DNA from: Owenia fusiformis
Taxonomy: Eukaryota
Reading direction: 5' to 3'
DNA: 64,000 bases
Assembly: GCA_903813345.2 (NCBI GenBank)
Contig: CAIIXF020000001.1
Location: forward strand, 1,240,001-1,304,000
Under the pieces are notes generated by a model that ran no database searches, was not told the DNA's origin, and saw nothing but the letters and a program-made list of their open reading frames with translations. The position numbers were made by a program, and so were the translations under genes. Below, piece after piece: positions 12,280 to 23,930 of the stretch. The number at the start of each line of letters is the position of its first letter. Positions within the stretch are counted from its first letter, which is position 1.

Positions 12280-13010
12280 TTGCTGTAAGTCAGATCCACA
12301 GTTGTAAGTAAGATTTCAAAGTCAAATACTAAGCTGTAATTAATTTACATTTAGCTGTAAGTCACATACTAAGCTGCAAGTCTTATGCTTAGCTGTAAGT
12401 CAGATACTAAGCTGTTCGTCAATTTAAGCTGTAAGTGATATGCCTAGCTGTAAGTTAAGTAATGATACTTAGCTGGATGTCACATACTAAGCTGCAAGTC
12501 TTATGCTTAGCTGTAAGTCAGATACTAAGCTGTTCGTCAATTTAAGCTGTAAGTGATATGCCTAGCTGTAAGTTAAGTAATGATACTTAGCTGGATGTTA
12601 CATACTAAGCTGCAAGTCTTATGCTTAGCTGTAAGTCAGATACTAAGCTGTTCGTCAATTTAAGCTGTAAGTGATATGCCTAGCTGTAAGTTAAGTAATG
12701 ATACTTAGCTGGATGTCACATACTAAGCTGCAAGTCTTATGCTTAGTTGTAATTCAGATACTAAGCTGTTCGTCAATTTAAGCTGTAAGTGATATGCCTA
12801 GCTGTAGGTTAAGTAATAGCTGGATGTCACAGACTAAGCTGCAAGTCTTATGCTTAGCTGTAAGTCAGATACTAAGCTGTTCGTCAATTTAAGCTGTAAG
12901 TGATATGCCTAGCTGTAGGTTTAGTAATAGCTGGATGTCACAGACTAAGCTGCAAGTCTTATGCTTAGCTGTAAGTAAGATATGTAGCTTTAAATCAAAT
13001 ATGTGTAAGT
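12280..13010. repeat. Minisatellite: about 19-bp AGCTGTAAG-core monomers in 118/111-bp higher-order repeats
   Basis: Higher-order units start at 12361, 12479, 12597, 12715, 12826 and 12937. Looser monomers lie on both flanks. Confidence 0.93.
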
Positions 13011-13862
13011 CAAACATGTCAAGAAAAATAACATTCATGTAAAAGTGCATGTATAATAGTTATAAATATGCTGAGCATATGTATGAGGTCCCAGATGAAC
13101 ATGTTAAATGTATACACAGTTAATAATAAGAATGCTGTCAAATTCAGGGTCAGTGCCGTTAAAGATAATCAATACTTCTCCTATGTGCTTTTAACAGTAC
13201 TGTTCAATATGTTATTGGCTTTTGAAGTAGTACAGCTGATAGATAAACATTGACTTAATGGTTCGATAAAATACAAAATTACATTGCAGCACATCACCTG
13301 TCAATTAAATGAATGTAAATCATATAAGGCATGAAAAAAGATAATCTAAAAAGAATGACATTATCCTGTCCTTAAGGGATATTGAATAAGATTAGGATTG
13401 ATAAGTCTATTATAGTCTACTAATTACATGTTAGCATGCAAACCCAAATTGTGATGATATAAGAAAGAGAATTCAGTTGTGAAATGTTTTCAATTGCTTT
13501 GCGACTTTCCAGTAACAGAAACAGTGGGCTGTATATGAGGGTTTGTTTGGGTCAGGAGTTGGGAAACTTTTCATTGCGTAAATATAACCATTTAAAGACC
13601 CTATGTGAGAATCTACAATTTCTAGTGTAAAGGTTGTCATTTTTTTTAGAATAACCCACTTGAGGAGAAAAAAGAAAAAACTGGGTTAAGGAAGTTTTAC
13701 TAAAAACTAAATGTAAAAAAATTGTTTAAGTCATAATCTGGACCTTAAATGTACACGTATAAGCACTTCTCAGCTGGATTTAATAGAATTATGTAATTGT
13801 TTTGTTCTAAGTACTGTAATATTAAAATCAATTTGTATTTTTTTCTGTTCCAGGAGCTCTAC

Positions 13863-15929
13863 ATGTCAGTTGTGAACGTGGGTGGTAGTATGACGTCAAC
13901 TCTAGTCGAAACTGTGTCTATAAACTATGAGGACTTCAACGATAGTTTTCTCACTTGTGGGACGTGTCTGTGTATGTACGACAACCAAGAGCATACTCCC
14001 AAGCTGCTTCCCTGCTCTCACACTGTCTGCAAGAATTGTTTGTTTAGGATCTGTGAAGCCCAGACATTAGATACAGGAACATTTAGGTGCCCAATATGTC
14101 GTGAGACAATCCCAATTCCTCGCGGAGGAGTTGGATCGTTCCCACCAAGTTTTATTGTGAATCAGCTACTCGATCTCATGGCTAGTCAACGACGGGATGT
14201 TATCCCGAAGTGTTCTGTGCATAACGAACAGGAACTATTATTTTGTGAGACTTGCGATAAAGTATTCTGTAATGTATGCTCTGGTGGTGAGCATAATGGA
14301 CGTGGTGCTAGCGAGCACACTGTCATCCCGTTTTCTATTGCCATCAAGCGCATGTCTGAAATCCTCCTCTATAAAGCCAGCCTCTGTATCAAAAACCTCA
14401 ACAGTGCCAGTGATAATGTGAATGATGAACTACGCAAACTTGAATACAACGTCGAAAAAACCCTAGACACAGCAAACCGATCATTCGAAGAACTCATCTC
14501 GATGATGCAGAACAGACGTCACGATGTTCTCCAACGTATACGTAAAGTTCGCGATGAAAAACGTAAGGGATTGATGGAACAGTTAAACATGATTCAAGCA
14601 GAGAAAACTAAAGTGCAGAGTGAGTGCAATGGACTTCAGTACCAAGTAGAGGTTCGCAATATTACAAAGAAGATAAGTGATCTCAATGAGAAACTGGACA
14701 GCACTAGTACATTAGGTGAACCACGTGAAAATGCATTCATAAAATATGAGTACAAGCACAACACAGCATTGAAGGATATCGTCAAGGGTTTAGGTCAGTA
14801 CGGTCGTATCAAAATCAGCACAACTTTCCCTGCCCTGAGTACTGCTAAGGTTGGGAAGTCTGTGACACATATCAAGAACACTGTGCTCGTTAACACAGTC
14901 GACCTCCATGGCAGTCCTCGCACAACGGGAGGAGACCCAGTTGTGTCAATTCTGAAAACCGAACAAGGCCAGAATGTAGAGACTAAGATAAAAGATAACG
15001 AAGATGGCACATATGCAATCACATTCACAACTACAACCGCAGGCCGGCATAAGTTAGTTGTGAGCATATTTGATAGGCCAATTAAGGAAAGCCCATTCCT
15101 GATAGAGTCAAGCACCCATAATAACCCAGTGTTGAAGTATGGGACCCGGGGCTCTGGGAGCTGCCACTTCACTCAACCAGTTGGAGTCTGCGTTGATAAA
15201 GAGAACAACATCTACGTGCTGGACACTGGTAATAGTCGTATCAAAGTCCTTAAGGAAGATGGCACCCTTATAGGCCACGTCAACAGTGTAGGCTTACAAA
15301 ACCAAAGTGGGACGGGAATTGCTATGACTCCCAGGGATACCATAGTCGTTGTCAACTGGCGCACAAAGTTTATAACAGAGATGAATTTAGATGGAGAAAT
15401 GGTGAACAAGTTCACATCGCCAGAACTGGTTGAACCAATAGATGTCGCTGTGAACAGTGCTGGGGAGATAATCATTGCAGACAATGGTGCTGGTCGTTTG
15501 TTCATGTTTGATAGTGAAGGGAGAATGATTAACAAGATAGCAAGCAAGGGAGATAAACAAGGACAGCTTAAATTGATCACTTCAGTCACGATTGGCAAAC
15601 ACGATGAAATCTTAGTCACCGATCATCGAATTCAGATCTTCAACAAAACAGGAAAATTCCTCCAAGAAATAGTCAATGAGAGTAAAACCAAAGTCAAGGG
15701 CCAATATGGGGGAGTTACTGTAGATTCAAGCGGCTATATCCTTGCAACGCAGTCGGAAAAGGGTAAAAGTGTAATCCAGGTTTTTTCACCCAATAGGAAG
15801 TTGTTGTTTGCAATAGACAGTATAGATGATAAGCTGCGTCGTCCTAGTGGACTAGCTTGCACCAGTGACCACCATGTAGTCGTGGTTGATCTAGGCAATG
15901 ATTGTATAAAGAAATTCAGATATCGTTAG
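13863..15929 (+). CDS. TRIM-NHL protein (RING, B-box, coiled coil, filamin/Ig repeat, NHL propeller); TRIM2/3-like, resembling the invertebrate NHL-3 type; putative E3 ligase
   Basis: RING CGTC...CSHTVC..C...CPIC, B-box CSVH...CETC...CNVC...H, helical region, filamin motif DNEDGTYAITF, and NHL repeats (FTQPVGVCVD...IYVLDTGNSRI; RRPSGLAC...VVDLGNDCIKKF). Acceptor ttttctgttccag ends at 13853. First ATG is 13863 (alternative 13890). The TTG start at 13797 in the ORF track is intronic. Confidence 0.93.
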   Translation: MSVVNVGGSMTSTLVETVSINYEDFNDSFLTCGTCLCMYDNQEHTPKLLPCSHTVCKNCLFRICEAQTLDTGTFRCPICRETIPIPRGGVGSFPPSFIVNQLLDLMASQRRDVIPKCSVHNEQELLFCETCDKVFCNVCSGGEHNGRGASEHTVIPFSIAIKRMSEILLYKASLCIKNLNSASDNVNDELRKLEYNVEKTLDTANRSFEELISMMQNRRHDVLQRIRKVRDEKRKGLMEQLNMIQAEKTKVQSECNGLQYQVEVRNITKKISDLNEKLDSTSTLGEPRENAFIKYEYKHNTALKDIVKGLGQYGRIKISTTFPALSTAKVGKSVTHIKNTVLVNTVDLHGSPRTTGGDPVVSILKTEQGQNVETKIKDNEDGTYAITFTTTTAGRHKLVVSIFDRPIKESPFLIESSTHNNPVLKYGTRGSGSCHFTQPVGVCVDKENNIYVLDTGNSRIKVLKEDGTLIGHVNSVGLQNQSGTGIAMTPRDTIVVVNWRTKFITEMNLDGEMVNKFTSPELVEPIDVAVNSAGEIIIADNGAGRLFMFDSEGRMINKIASKGDKQGQLKLITSVTIGKHDEILVTDHRIQIFNKTGKFLQEIVNESKTKVKGQYGGVTVDSSGYILATQSEKGKSVIQVFSPNRKLLFAIDSIDDKLRRPSGLACTSDHHVVVVDLGNDCIKKFRYR

Positions 15930-16183
15930 TTAGTCTTTAAGATTGACATATAAGACACAGCCCTTGAAATCTGGACCTGGCTTATTAACAACTGCTTTAT
16001 TAAAAGCCTTACAGTTTAGATTTAGAAATTGATGATATAACAAAGGGATTTTTATTTACATCAATTTTGAAGCATGAAAGTTGAATATAATTCTTGGACT
16101 GTTACCAAAATACTGTTGATTCAAATAAATGTGAACATTTGCAAGGAGATGCATATAGACTGTAGTCATCCATGATCATAATA

Positions 16184-16397
16184 CACCATTCAATGGTTTA
16201 TATGAGACCCCCTCCCCCTATCTACGCGGGAAGAGAGTCAGATTTTCCCTCTGAGAGCAATAATAGCTGGTCAAAATTCAAAAATCCTGCTTCTGAGATG
16301 AGGTATTAAGTCAAAATCCCACCCTTGGGACAATGCTGTGTGTCAAATTCCTGAAGCTGCTCACATAGGGGGGTCTCACGTAAACCTTTGAATGGTG
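16184..16397. mobile_element. MITE with about 29-bp TIRs in the probable TRIM 3' UTR
   Basis: caccattcaatggtttatatgagaccccc versus gggggtctcacgtaaacctttgaatggtg. Confidence 0.8.
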
Positions 16398-19300
16398 CAT
16401 AAGTTGATGATTTTCCCAGCATTAAAGAATATGATCTCTCTGCACCTTCTTGGGATTCTGAAATTAGAGTTACATCTTAAACTCATTAGCACCTCCTTGA
16501 AAATGAGAAAAAACATGAAAAATGGGCATGTTTTGACAGATTTTGAAAATTTTGCATCTACCTGTGGAAAAATCCAAGGGAGAAGTCTGTGTATAATATA
16601 GTAATATAAAAGTAACAGTAGTATATACTGTAGAATTTATGTATATGCTTTGGAAATGACTCGGTGTATGCCTAACCATGGTGTCAACAAGGTTTAAATC
16701 ACATACATTGTTGGATATAAGTTTTACACCAGTCTTCTTACTCTCATACTTCTAGCCATCTGGAGATAGGTGTGTGCTCTTTGGAGGAGTTGGGGGTTTA
16801 GTAGGCCTTGATTTAAGACTGTTCAGTATCCTAAATGTGGGTGTGTTTTGGGAAGAGGGTTTTTAGAAGGGGGATGTAATGAGTTTTGAAGTTCAATTTT
16901 TCATATTAGAATATTGTTTTATTTTTGAAATATGATTATAAACATATATAGTTTACAATGACATGGGGTGCCTAGTGTTGAGAAATAAAAAATGCTGATG
17001 GATCTCCATCACATAATATTCAGACCCCTTGACCAATAAGTGTTGACATCATGTTAAATCCTTACCTCAGTCTACCTTCATGCATTATTCCTATGTACAT
17101 TTGGTTGAAATATATCAAGAGGGTGGGGGGGGGGGTCTGGCTGTTCATAGAAATGTTATTCCTGACTGAAATGAAATGATTGTACATGTGTACAGCGTAC
17201 ATTAATACCTCAATATAAAATTGACGTTGCAGATCTTGGGATATTATTTATTATTATCAGGATCTCTGGTAGTATGTATATTTTACCTGAAGAATCTCTT
17301 AAAAACAATTATTCAAGTTTGTTTCAGGTTTTTGTAAAATTTCTTGATCATTTTAAAGACTTTGCTTCAGGTAGACCTGCAGGTCAAAGTATTTTGGCAT
17401 TTCAATAGCTCTATTCATACAGAATGTCAAAAAGGAGGAAGATAAGACATGTAAGATATAAAGATGTATTTTGAAACAGTAGAAGAGTTATATGGGGTGA
17501 ACTAAGGGGCTAAGCTTGTAATAATATTATGCTTCATATTCCTATCACAGTTATGGGAAATGGGTTATGGTGTCATGGGGACCCTCAGAGTAGTACAGAC
17601 CTCATCAACTACAATGAGATTGAGCAGATACCATTGTCATAAGTTGCCACGGGTTCATGGTCAAAGATTATCTCACCCACATCAGCGCCCTCTGGGTCAG
17701 GAGCATGAGAAGTTGGCAAAAACTATCATTGTCTCTGATGTGTTTGCCACATGAGTGCACAACTCCTGTCCGTATTATTAATTATTAATGGGGTAAGAAT
17801 CTTTTAATCATCTTTTCTTGAATAGCAAATAGATACTGAGAGATCCACTCCAATCTTTATCTGGTGGATTTAGAGCGTTAAAATTAAATCATGATTAAGT
17901 TCATTGTTAGATGAATTATCTGAAGGGTCTTGATTCTCCATGTATACATGAGGTAACATAGTACACATATTCAGATAAGTTGTCGAAGTATTTTCACCTG
18001 ATCCTTCCTTCATTGGTCACATTACTCAACTTTCAAGCTACCGTATTTACAAGAGGTGACAAAAAAGTGTAAAATTTGCCCAATTCTTTTTGATCACCCG
18101 TTGTTTATTATATCATGGCATATTAGGCCTTTGCATACTCTAGTCAAAACCAGCTTTACTTCAGTATATCTAATTCAACACAAATGTAAATAGATACACT
18201 AAGGGCTGGGATATTTGCGCTAAAGGATGATGATATCTACATTAAGGGGTGGGGTCAAACTGTCGATGTCATTTTGCAATTGTGCATTCTCTCTGGAAAG
18301 CCACATCAATGTTTTGATGATATGCATCAAAACTACAGCTACAATCAATCTTGTCCTGGTATAAGACATGCTAGATCATCTGCTTCAACTTTGGATTCTT
18401 GAAATGCAACATAACACACATAACAGACTAGAAACTTACTATGCTAGTATATATTACTGTAGCATACCTGTCTGCCTGCCTGCTTGGAGTTTCAAGATTC
18501 AAAATAGTTATTAGTTTCAATAACAATTAAATTAAAGCAAGTAATTACTTTGACTCTAGTAGCATTGACATATTAAGGCATTAAGTTGGGCAGAGAAGAA
18601 TACATTCTGTGTCTGTGTGAAGACTTACATGGTGCCTCTTCCCCTCTCTAAATATATATGTCGCCAGTATCTATCTTCCTAGGCTGTATATAGAGACATA
18701 GTAGAGGCATTTGGCACAGGGGCTTGGTGCAGAACTACCTTAATAAGACTAATAAGTCTTATGATATAAAGGGTCAGTTGTGACATGTAGTTTAACAAAC
18801 TTGTTGAGATATATGAATCATGTCAGTTAAATTCCATATTGCATCAAATCTATATAAATGTCCATTTTGATGTACATATTGATCAGCATCAAAACCTATT
18901 TGCCAATACTCAAACGCCATATTATATTGTTTCAACAATATACGCTGAATGTAACCAGGCTTTGCTTTAACATCTCAGCCAAAGGAACCAAACTAATCAT
19001 ATTCCTAATGTTCTATAGTTTATTTAAAGGATATTAAATCCTCGTCACCTGAAATATTGTGTAGAACAAAGTGTAAATACTAGGGGAAAGTTTGAATTTT
19101 ATTTAAAACATGTACCAAAGCCTAGTTAGGCAAATATATCAAGTATTTATTAAATCAAATTGAGCTTTGTCTATTTTCCCTTTTTGAGGCCAGTAGTTTA
19201 TGATCAGCTATAATTAAGCATTTATACCCCAAGTTTTGTGATTTGTTCTTCAAGTGTATATATTGGGGTTTTTCTTTCCATCCAGCCATATAACAGGCCT

Positions 19301-19833
19301 TTGAGTCATGTAATAGAATAAAACTTTCGTACAGTATACACAAACATGTAAGGTATTTAGATATTCAGAATATCTTGACTTGAAAACATTTGATTGTCAA
19401 ATTATTTATTTTTATTGTATGATTTGTGAACATATTAGTAAAAGGTTACATCAGATAAATGATTGAAATGTTGATTTTGGTTATTATGTTTTTATTATCC
19501 CAACAAATATTATTTGAGAGGGATATCATGGATTCAAATTACATAATGAAGCTTAACACGTTAAAACCATCCATAAGCTACTCTAATTCTGAAAAATATG
19601 TAATCAATTTTCAGATTTTATGCCAATTGAATATTTTGCTTTCCAATCCCTGTAAATAGATATGAACGGTAAAACCTGTGAAAGTGGAACACCTTAGTAA
19701 CTACAAAATGGTGTCCACATGGAAAGTGTACAACTTCACAGGGTTAACTGTTCATACCTATTGGAAAGCAAACTATTTCTTATATTTTACTTTAATATTA
19801 TGTGCATATAGAAGCAATATTATGCTCTTCATG

Positions 19834-19975
19834 CAGGCCCGTAGCCAGGATTTGCCAAGGGGGTTCACTTTTTGAAAAATTCCAGGGGGTTCACTTGTGA
19901 CAATTTTGGTCCAAAAATGGCCAAAATCAGAATGAAACTGCATGATTTTGGCCAGGGGGGTTTGCTACGGACCTG
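19834..19975. mobile_element. Small hAT-like MITE (CAGG...CCTG)
   Basis: TIRs caggcccgtagc / gctacggacctg. Absent from the paralogous empty site at about 21641-21660. Confidence 0.8.
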
Positions 19976-20543
19976 TATGAACAATGGCTCCCTTCACATT
20001 ACCCACTTCCAGAAAGTTGATAAAACTTGCATTGAATCTAAGCATATTATTTGTTGGGATATACCGAGTGCCACCCTGCTGCTCTTAATTGCTGTTTTGT
20101 CATTAGTGATGTACATTGTACTCCTATATTATATTAATTTATGATGCATGCTGTTCTTCAGATTCTTAGTGCAGAATAGTTTGGCAAAGCTAAATAAATA
20201 TAAGATCTATATCACCTTACTCAGATGTGTTTGTTTGAATTTGTTCATTTTAGATTTAAAATCAATTTAAAAAAGTAAATGAAAATTGACAATCAATGCT
20301 TCCCATAGGGTAATCACGTTCTACATACATCCAGGATTCAGAAGATATATTAACGTAAAACTTTCTTAACTTGATAAATAAATGTAATATCTATATTCAT
20401 CATGTTCGAAAATCAAAATATTCAGGATTCAGGAACGCTATAAGCAGTGGAGTGCGTCCTGTGAATGAGGAGAGGGGGGTCTAAAATGGTCACAATTATT
20501 ACATTGGGTTAAACTCTTGACATTTTACATAAATTGTACAAAT

Positions 20544-20980
20544 ACAGTGCGTATCAAAAAATACGCAACAGATTGTTATCTCGGAAAAGCACAAAACCAG
20601 TGATAAGCATTGCTTTCTTTCATTGCACCATAAAGATATGTGTCTTGATATTTGGTCATGGTTGGGAGAGTAATCATTCCATTTGCAAAGTGGGCCAGAA
20701 TTAGCTTCGGGCCAAGTTATAAATATTGCAAAAGTCAGTGTCCGGAGCCCGATGCAATATTGGAAGAAAACATAAAACCAATGCTATTGCATCCTTTTCA
20801 TTCCATGTGCCAAAAAGCCAAACTACTCCTCTTTGCAATGGAATATCATTCATTCACAGGGAGTCATGGCTGGCCGAATAATCATTAATTTTGCAAAGTG
20901 GGGCAAAATTCAGCTCGGACCCAAGTTTTAAACATTGCAAAAGTCAGTACAAGGGGCATAGGGGCTATTGGAAGAAGGCG
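20544..20980. mobile_element. Tc1/mariner-like non-autonomous fragment with an internal duplication
   Basis: Starts TA-CAGTGCGTATCAAAAAA. Diverged repeat tttgcaaagtggg...attggaagaa at about 20682 and 20890. No right TIR found. Confidence 0.45.
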
Positions 20981-21165
20981 TGACAGGTGTGGCATAGACA
21001 GTAAAGTGTTCATACTCATACTACTCTTGCAAGAATACATCCATCAGATCATTTGCAGACCTAGTTTTGTGAATCATCATCCTAAAAGTGGCTTGTAATG
21101 TACCTTACAAAGCCGCTAATGTATTTGTTTATTGTAATAATTTGAAATAAAGAAATACAATATAA

Positions 21166-21590
21166 AAAAATGTTTTAGAAAAAACATAACATTTGAATTC
21201 TATAATGTCTGACATGATTAGACTTTAGTGCAAATATTTAAGAACAAACATCACATTTGAAGATCTTTCCGCCAGTATGAGCTCTACAATGTCTGACGGT
21301 TTTGATCAGACTTCTGTGCAAATGTTTTCGACCAAACATCACACTTGACTTCATTTTCTCCAGTATGAATTCTATAGCGTCTGTTCAGATCAGACTTTTG
21401 GCAAATGTTTTTGAACAAACATCACATTTGAAGTTGTTTTCTCCAGTATGGGATTTGTAATGTAAATAAAGATTAGACTTTCAGACAAATGTTTGAGAAC
21501 AGACTTCGCATTTGAAGTTCATTTCACCAGTATGAATTATATAATGCCCGGTAAGATGAGCCTTTCTTGAAAATGTTTTAGAACAAATAT
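21166..21590 (-). pseudogene. Decayed C2H2 zinc-finger fragment (about 5 fingers), paralogue of the cluster
   Basis: About 84-bp periodic aacaaacatcacatttgaag...ccagtatg motif (minus strand HTGE-x-x-FKCDVC) with indels and no ORF. Confidence 0.85.
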
Positions 21591-21814
21591 TAGAGCAAAG
21601 TATTTCCTATATTTTACATTGTGTATATAGAAGCATGATTATGCTCTTTATGATAATGTCTACCTTCACGTTATCCATTTTCATTTGACAAAACCTGCAG
21701 AGTGAATGAATCTAAGCATATTATTTGTTGAGATATGCTGCCCTGCTGCTCTCAAATCACTGTTTTTGTCATTTTGGCATGCAGTGACCTTCATTGTATT
21801 ATAAAAGTGCCTTA

Positions 21815-22392
21815 CCCTACTATTACACCAAATTAATTCTCACTACGTTCTCGAAAACGGGCTTAAACTGTGTACGAACGGATTTGACGTACTAAGAACC
21901 CACTGAGAACCGTTTGGAATCTGTTTACAAACTTCATGAAACTACTAGAACGAGTAGGTCCTCCAGAACTTAGAGCATGCTCAAAATTTCTGGTGATCGT
22001 CAAAACATTGCCGAATCGGTTTTAAACTGTGTGAGAACTGAATGAACGTAGCTACAACGTTCTCCGGTCTGTTTACGAACTTCATGGACTTTCCCGGACG
22101 GGGAATGTGATTTAGAATTTTGAATCGATTCAAAATCGATGGCGACCATAACGTTCTGTAATCAGGTCATGATGACCTTCTAGACTAAGGGACGCGTTAT
22201 ACGACGTTGCACACCGACGTGGTGCGACCTGAACGCACTGCGAATGAGATGGACGTATTGAAGACTGTTTATGAACGAAGTAGCTAATTATTTTAGGCAT
22301 ATTTCCCGACCACAGCCAGATTGAGCCCGTTTTTCGACGTTTTCGTAGGACTGGCAAGAACGGGTAAGAAATAGTTTGGTGTGATAGGGGGG
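21815..22392. mobile_element. PIF/Harbinger-like MITE
   Basis: Left end tta-ccctactattacaccaaa and right end tttggtgtgatagggggg-taa. Subterminal cgaaaacgggct / agcccgtttttcg are also inverted. TTA/TAA flanks. Confidence 0.75.
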
Positions 22393-22448
22393 TAAACAAA
22401 AGAATTTTCAGCCAATTGTCAAATACGTTAAAAAGTCCCATCAGCTAC

Positions 22449-22545
22449 CACTGGCGGATCCAGAAGCTACATGTAACAAGGCGGGGCAAATTTCAATTCA
22501 GAAAAAATATTTCTTGGGCCCCAAAATCCAAAAATTGGGCCCTAT
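22449..22545. mobile_element. Fragment of the CAG(T/G)GGCGGATC MITE family (other copies at 49270-49399 and about 53900-54037)
   Basis: cactggcggatccag...ggggcaaatttca matches the copy at 49270. Confidence 0.6.
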
Positions 22546-22597
22546 AAGTTAAGGAATATAACAGATTAACCCGGAAAAGCTAAGTAAATATATAGAG

Positions 22598-23205
22598 GAT
22601 ATCCTATGATTTTTGAGGGATACCATTTTTATCCATGAGAGGATATCGCTCATCTCCACGAGTGAGTGCAGCGAATGAGTGGAGATCGGCGATATCCAAG
22701 AGTGGGTAAAAATGTTAGCCGAGAAAATCATAGAATATCATATTTATCCGATGGTCGCTATTTTTTATGGACTTTAAATAATTTGACCTAAAGTTGTTGT
22801 TTTCTAATTCTATTCTATTTTTTTTTTACTTTGACCTTATTTTTATAAAATGATTGCATGAAAAAATGTAACTCATTTTTACTGAGCATAACCTTGGAAC
22901 TTTTCAAATTTTTCCAAATATTTTTTTCAATTTGTTTCCAATTTTTTTTATTCCTATAATTTTATTTTCAAATTTTTTTCAGATTAATTTTCAATTTTTT
23001 TTTTCAATTTTTTCAAAACTTTTTTTTCAATTTTTTTTCAAAAATTCAAAATTTTCAAATATTTTTTTCCAAAATGTTTTTTAAAATAGTATCCGACCGA
23101 TTGGATATCACGTCATATGGATCGGATACGATTTTAGTGGCGTATACGAAAATTATCTTGTGTTGGTATCCCCATATATACGTATTTAGTGTACATCGGA
23201 TAAAT
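22598..23205. mobile_element. Palindrome-headed non-autonomous element with internal inverted repeats and a T-rich core
   Basis: About 140-bp imperfect palindrome at 22598-22739; atttatccgatg (22742) / catcggataaat (23194-23205). Absent from the paralogous segment at about 20200. Confidence 0.6.
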
Positions 23206-23930
23206 GATCTTATATAGCACTCACTCAGATATGTTTGTTAGAATTAGAATTTGTTCATTTTAAAGGTTCCAAAACATTTTTACTGTTACATTCATTGCTA
23301 TCCTGCACCTTTCTCTCTGTCCTGCAATACATGGCCATTTCCTGGTTGAAAATGGTGTGTCTACGAAAATAGTAAATAAAAATTGACAATCAATGTTGCC
23401 CCATAGCGTACCCAGTTTCCGCATTCTGCATACTTCTAGGATTCAGAAGAGCTATTACCATAAATCTTTCTTAAATTGATTAATAAATGTAATGCCTCAT
23501 GATGTTCGTCATATTCAAAATCAAAATTTTCAAGTGTGATGCGTCCTGTGGATGGGGGGAGCTAAGATTTTCACAATCATTACAGAGTTACACAATTTGT
23601 ATATCTATTGTAAATAAATAAATGTATTTGTAAGAATTATCTCTGAGTACAAACCCATGAGTGCTGGGATGAAAAAGGAAACATGTCCCTATTTACTGTA
23701 TCGTATAAGTAAATTAAGACTATGAGGACGTTACTGGACGTTACTGGACACTAAATCAATTTGACTAAAAAAGAAAAGAATATGGCAACCATTTTAAAAA
23801 GAACTGGAAGTAAAGAACAAATAATGACAGTTATCTCATGGCCACGATATTGTATTGTACGATTATGATTGATTGGAATTCGAATATGCTACATCATGCC
23901 TAGCTACCTTCTACTGCAGCTATGAGTAAT

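Noticed and set aside
12280..13010. CRISPR-like repeat/spacer appearance
   Set aside because: The intervening sequences themselves repeat with 118/111-bp period, there are no cas genes, and the context is eukaryotic. It is a minisatellite.
14197..15619. ORFs overlapping the TRIM CDS in other frames or on the other strand
   Set aside because: Shadows of a real coding exon.
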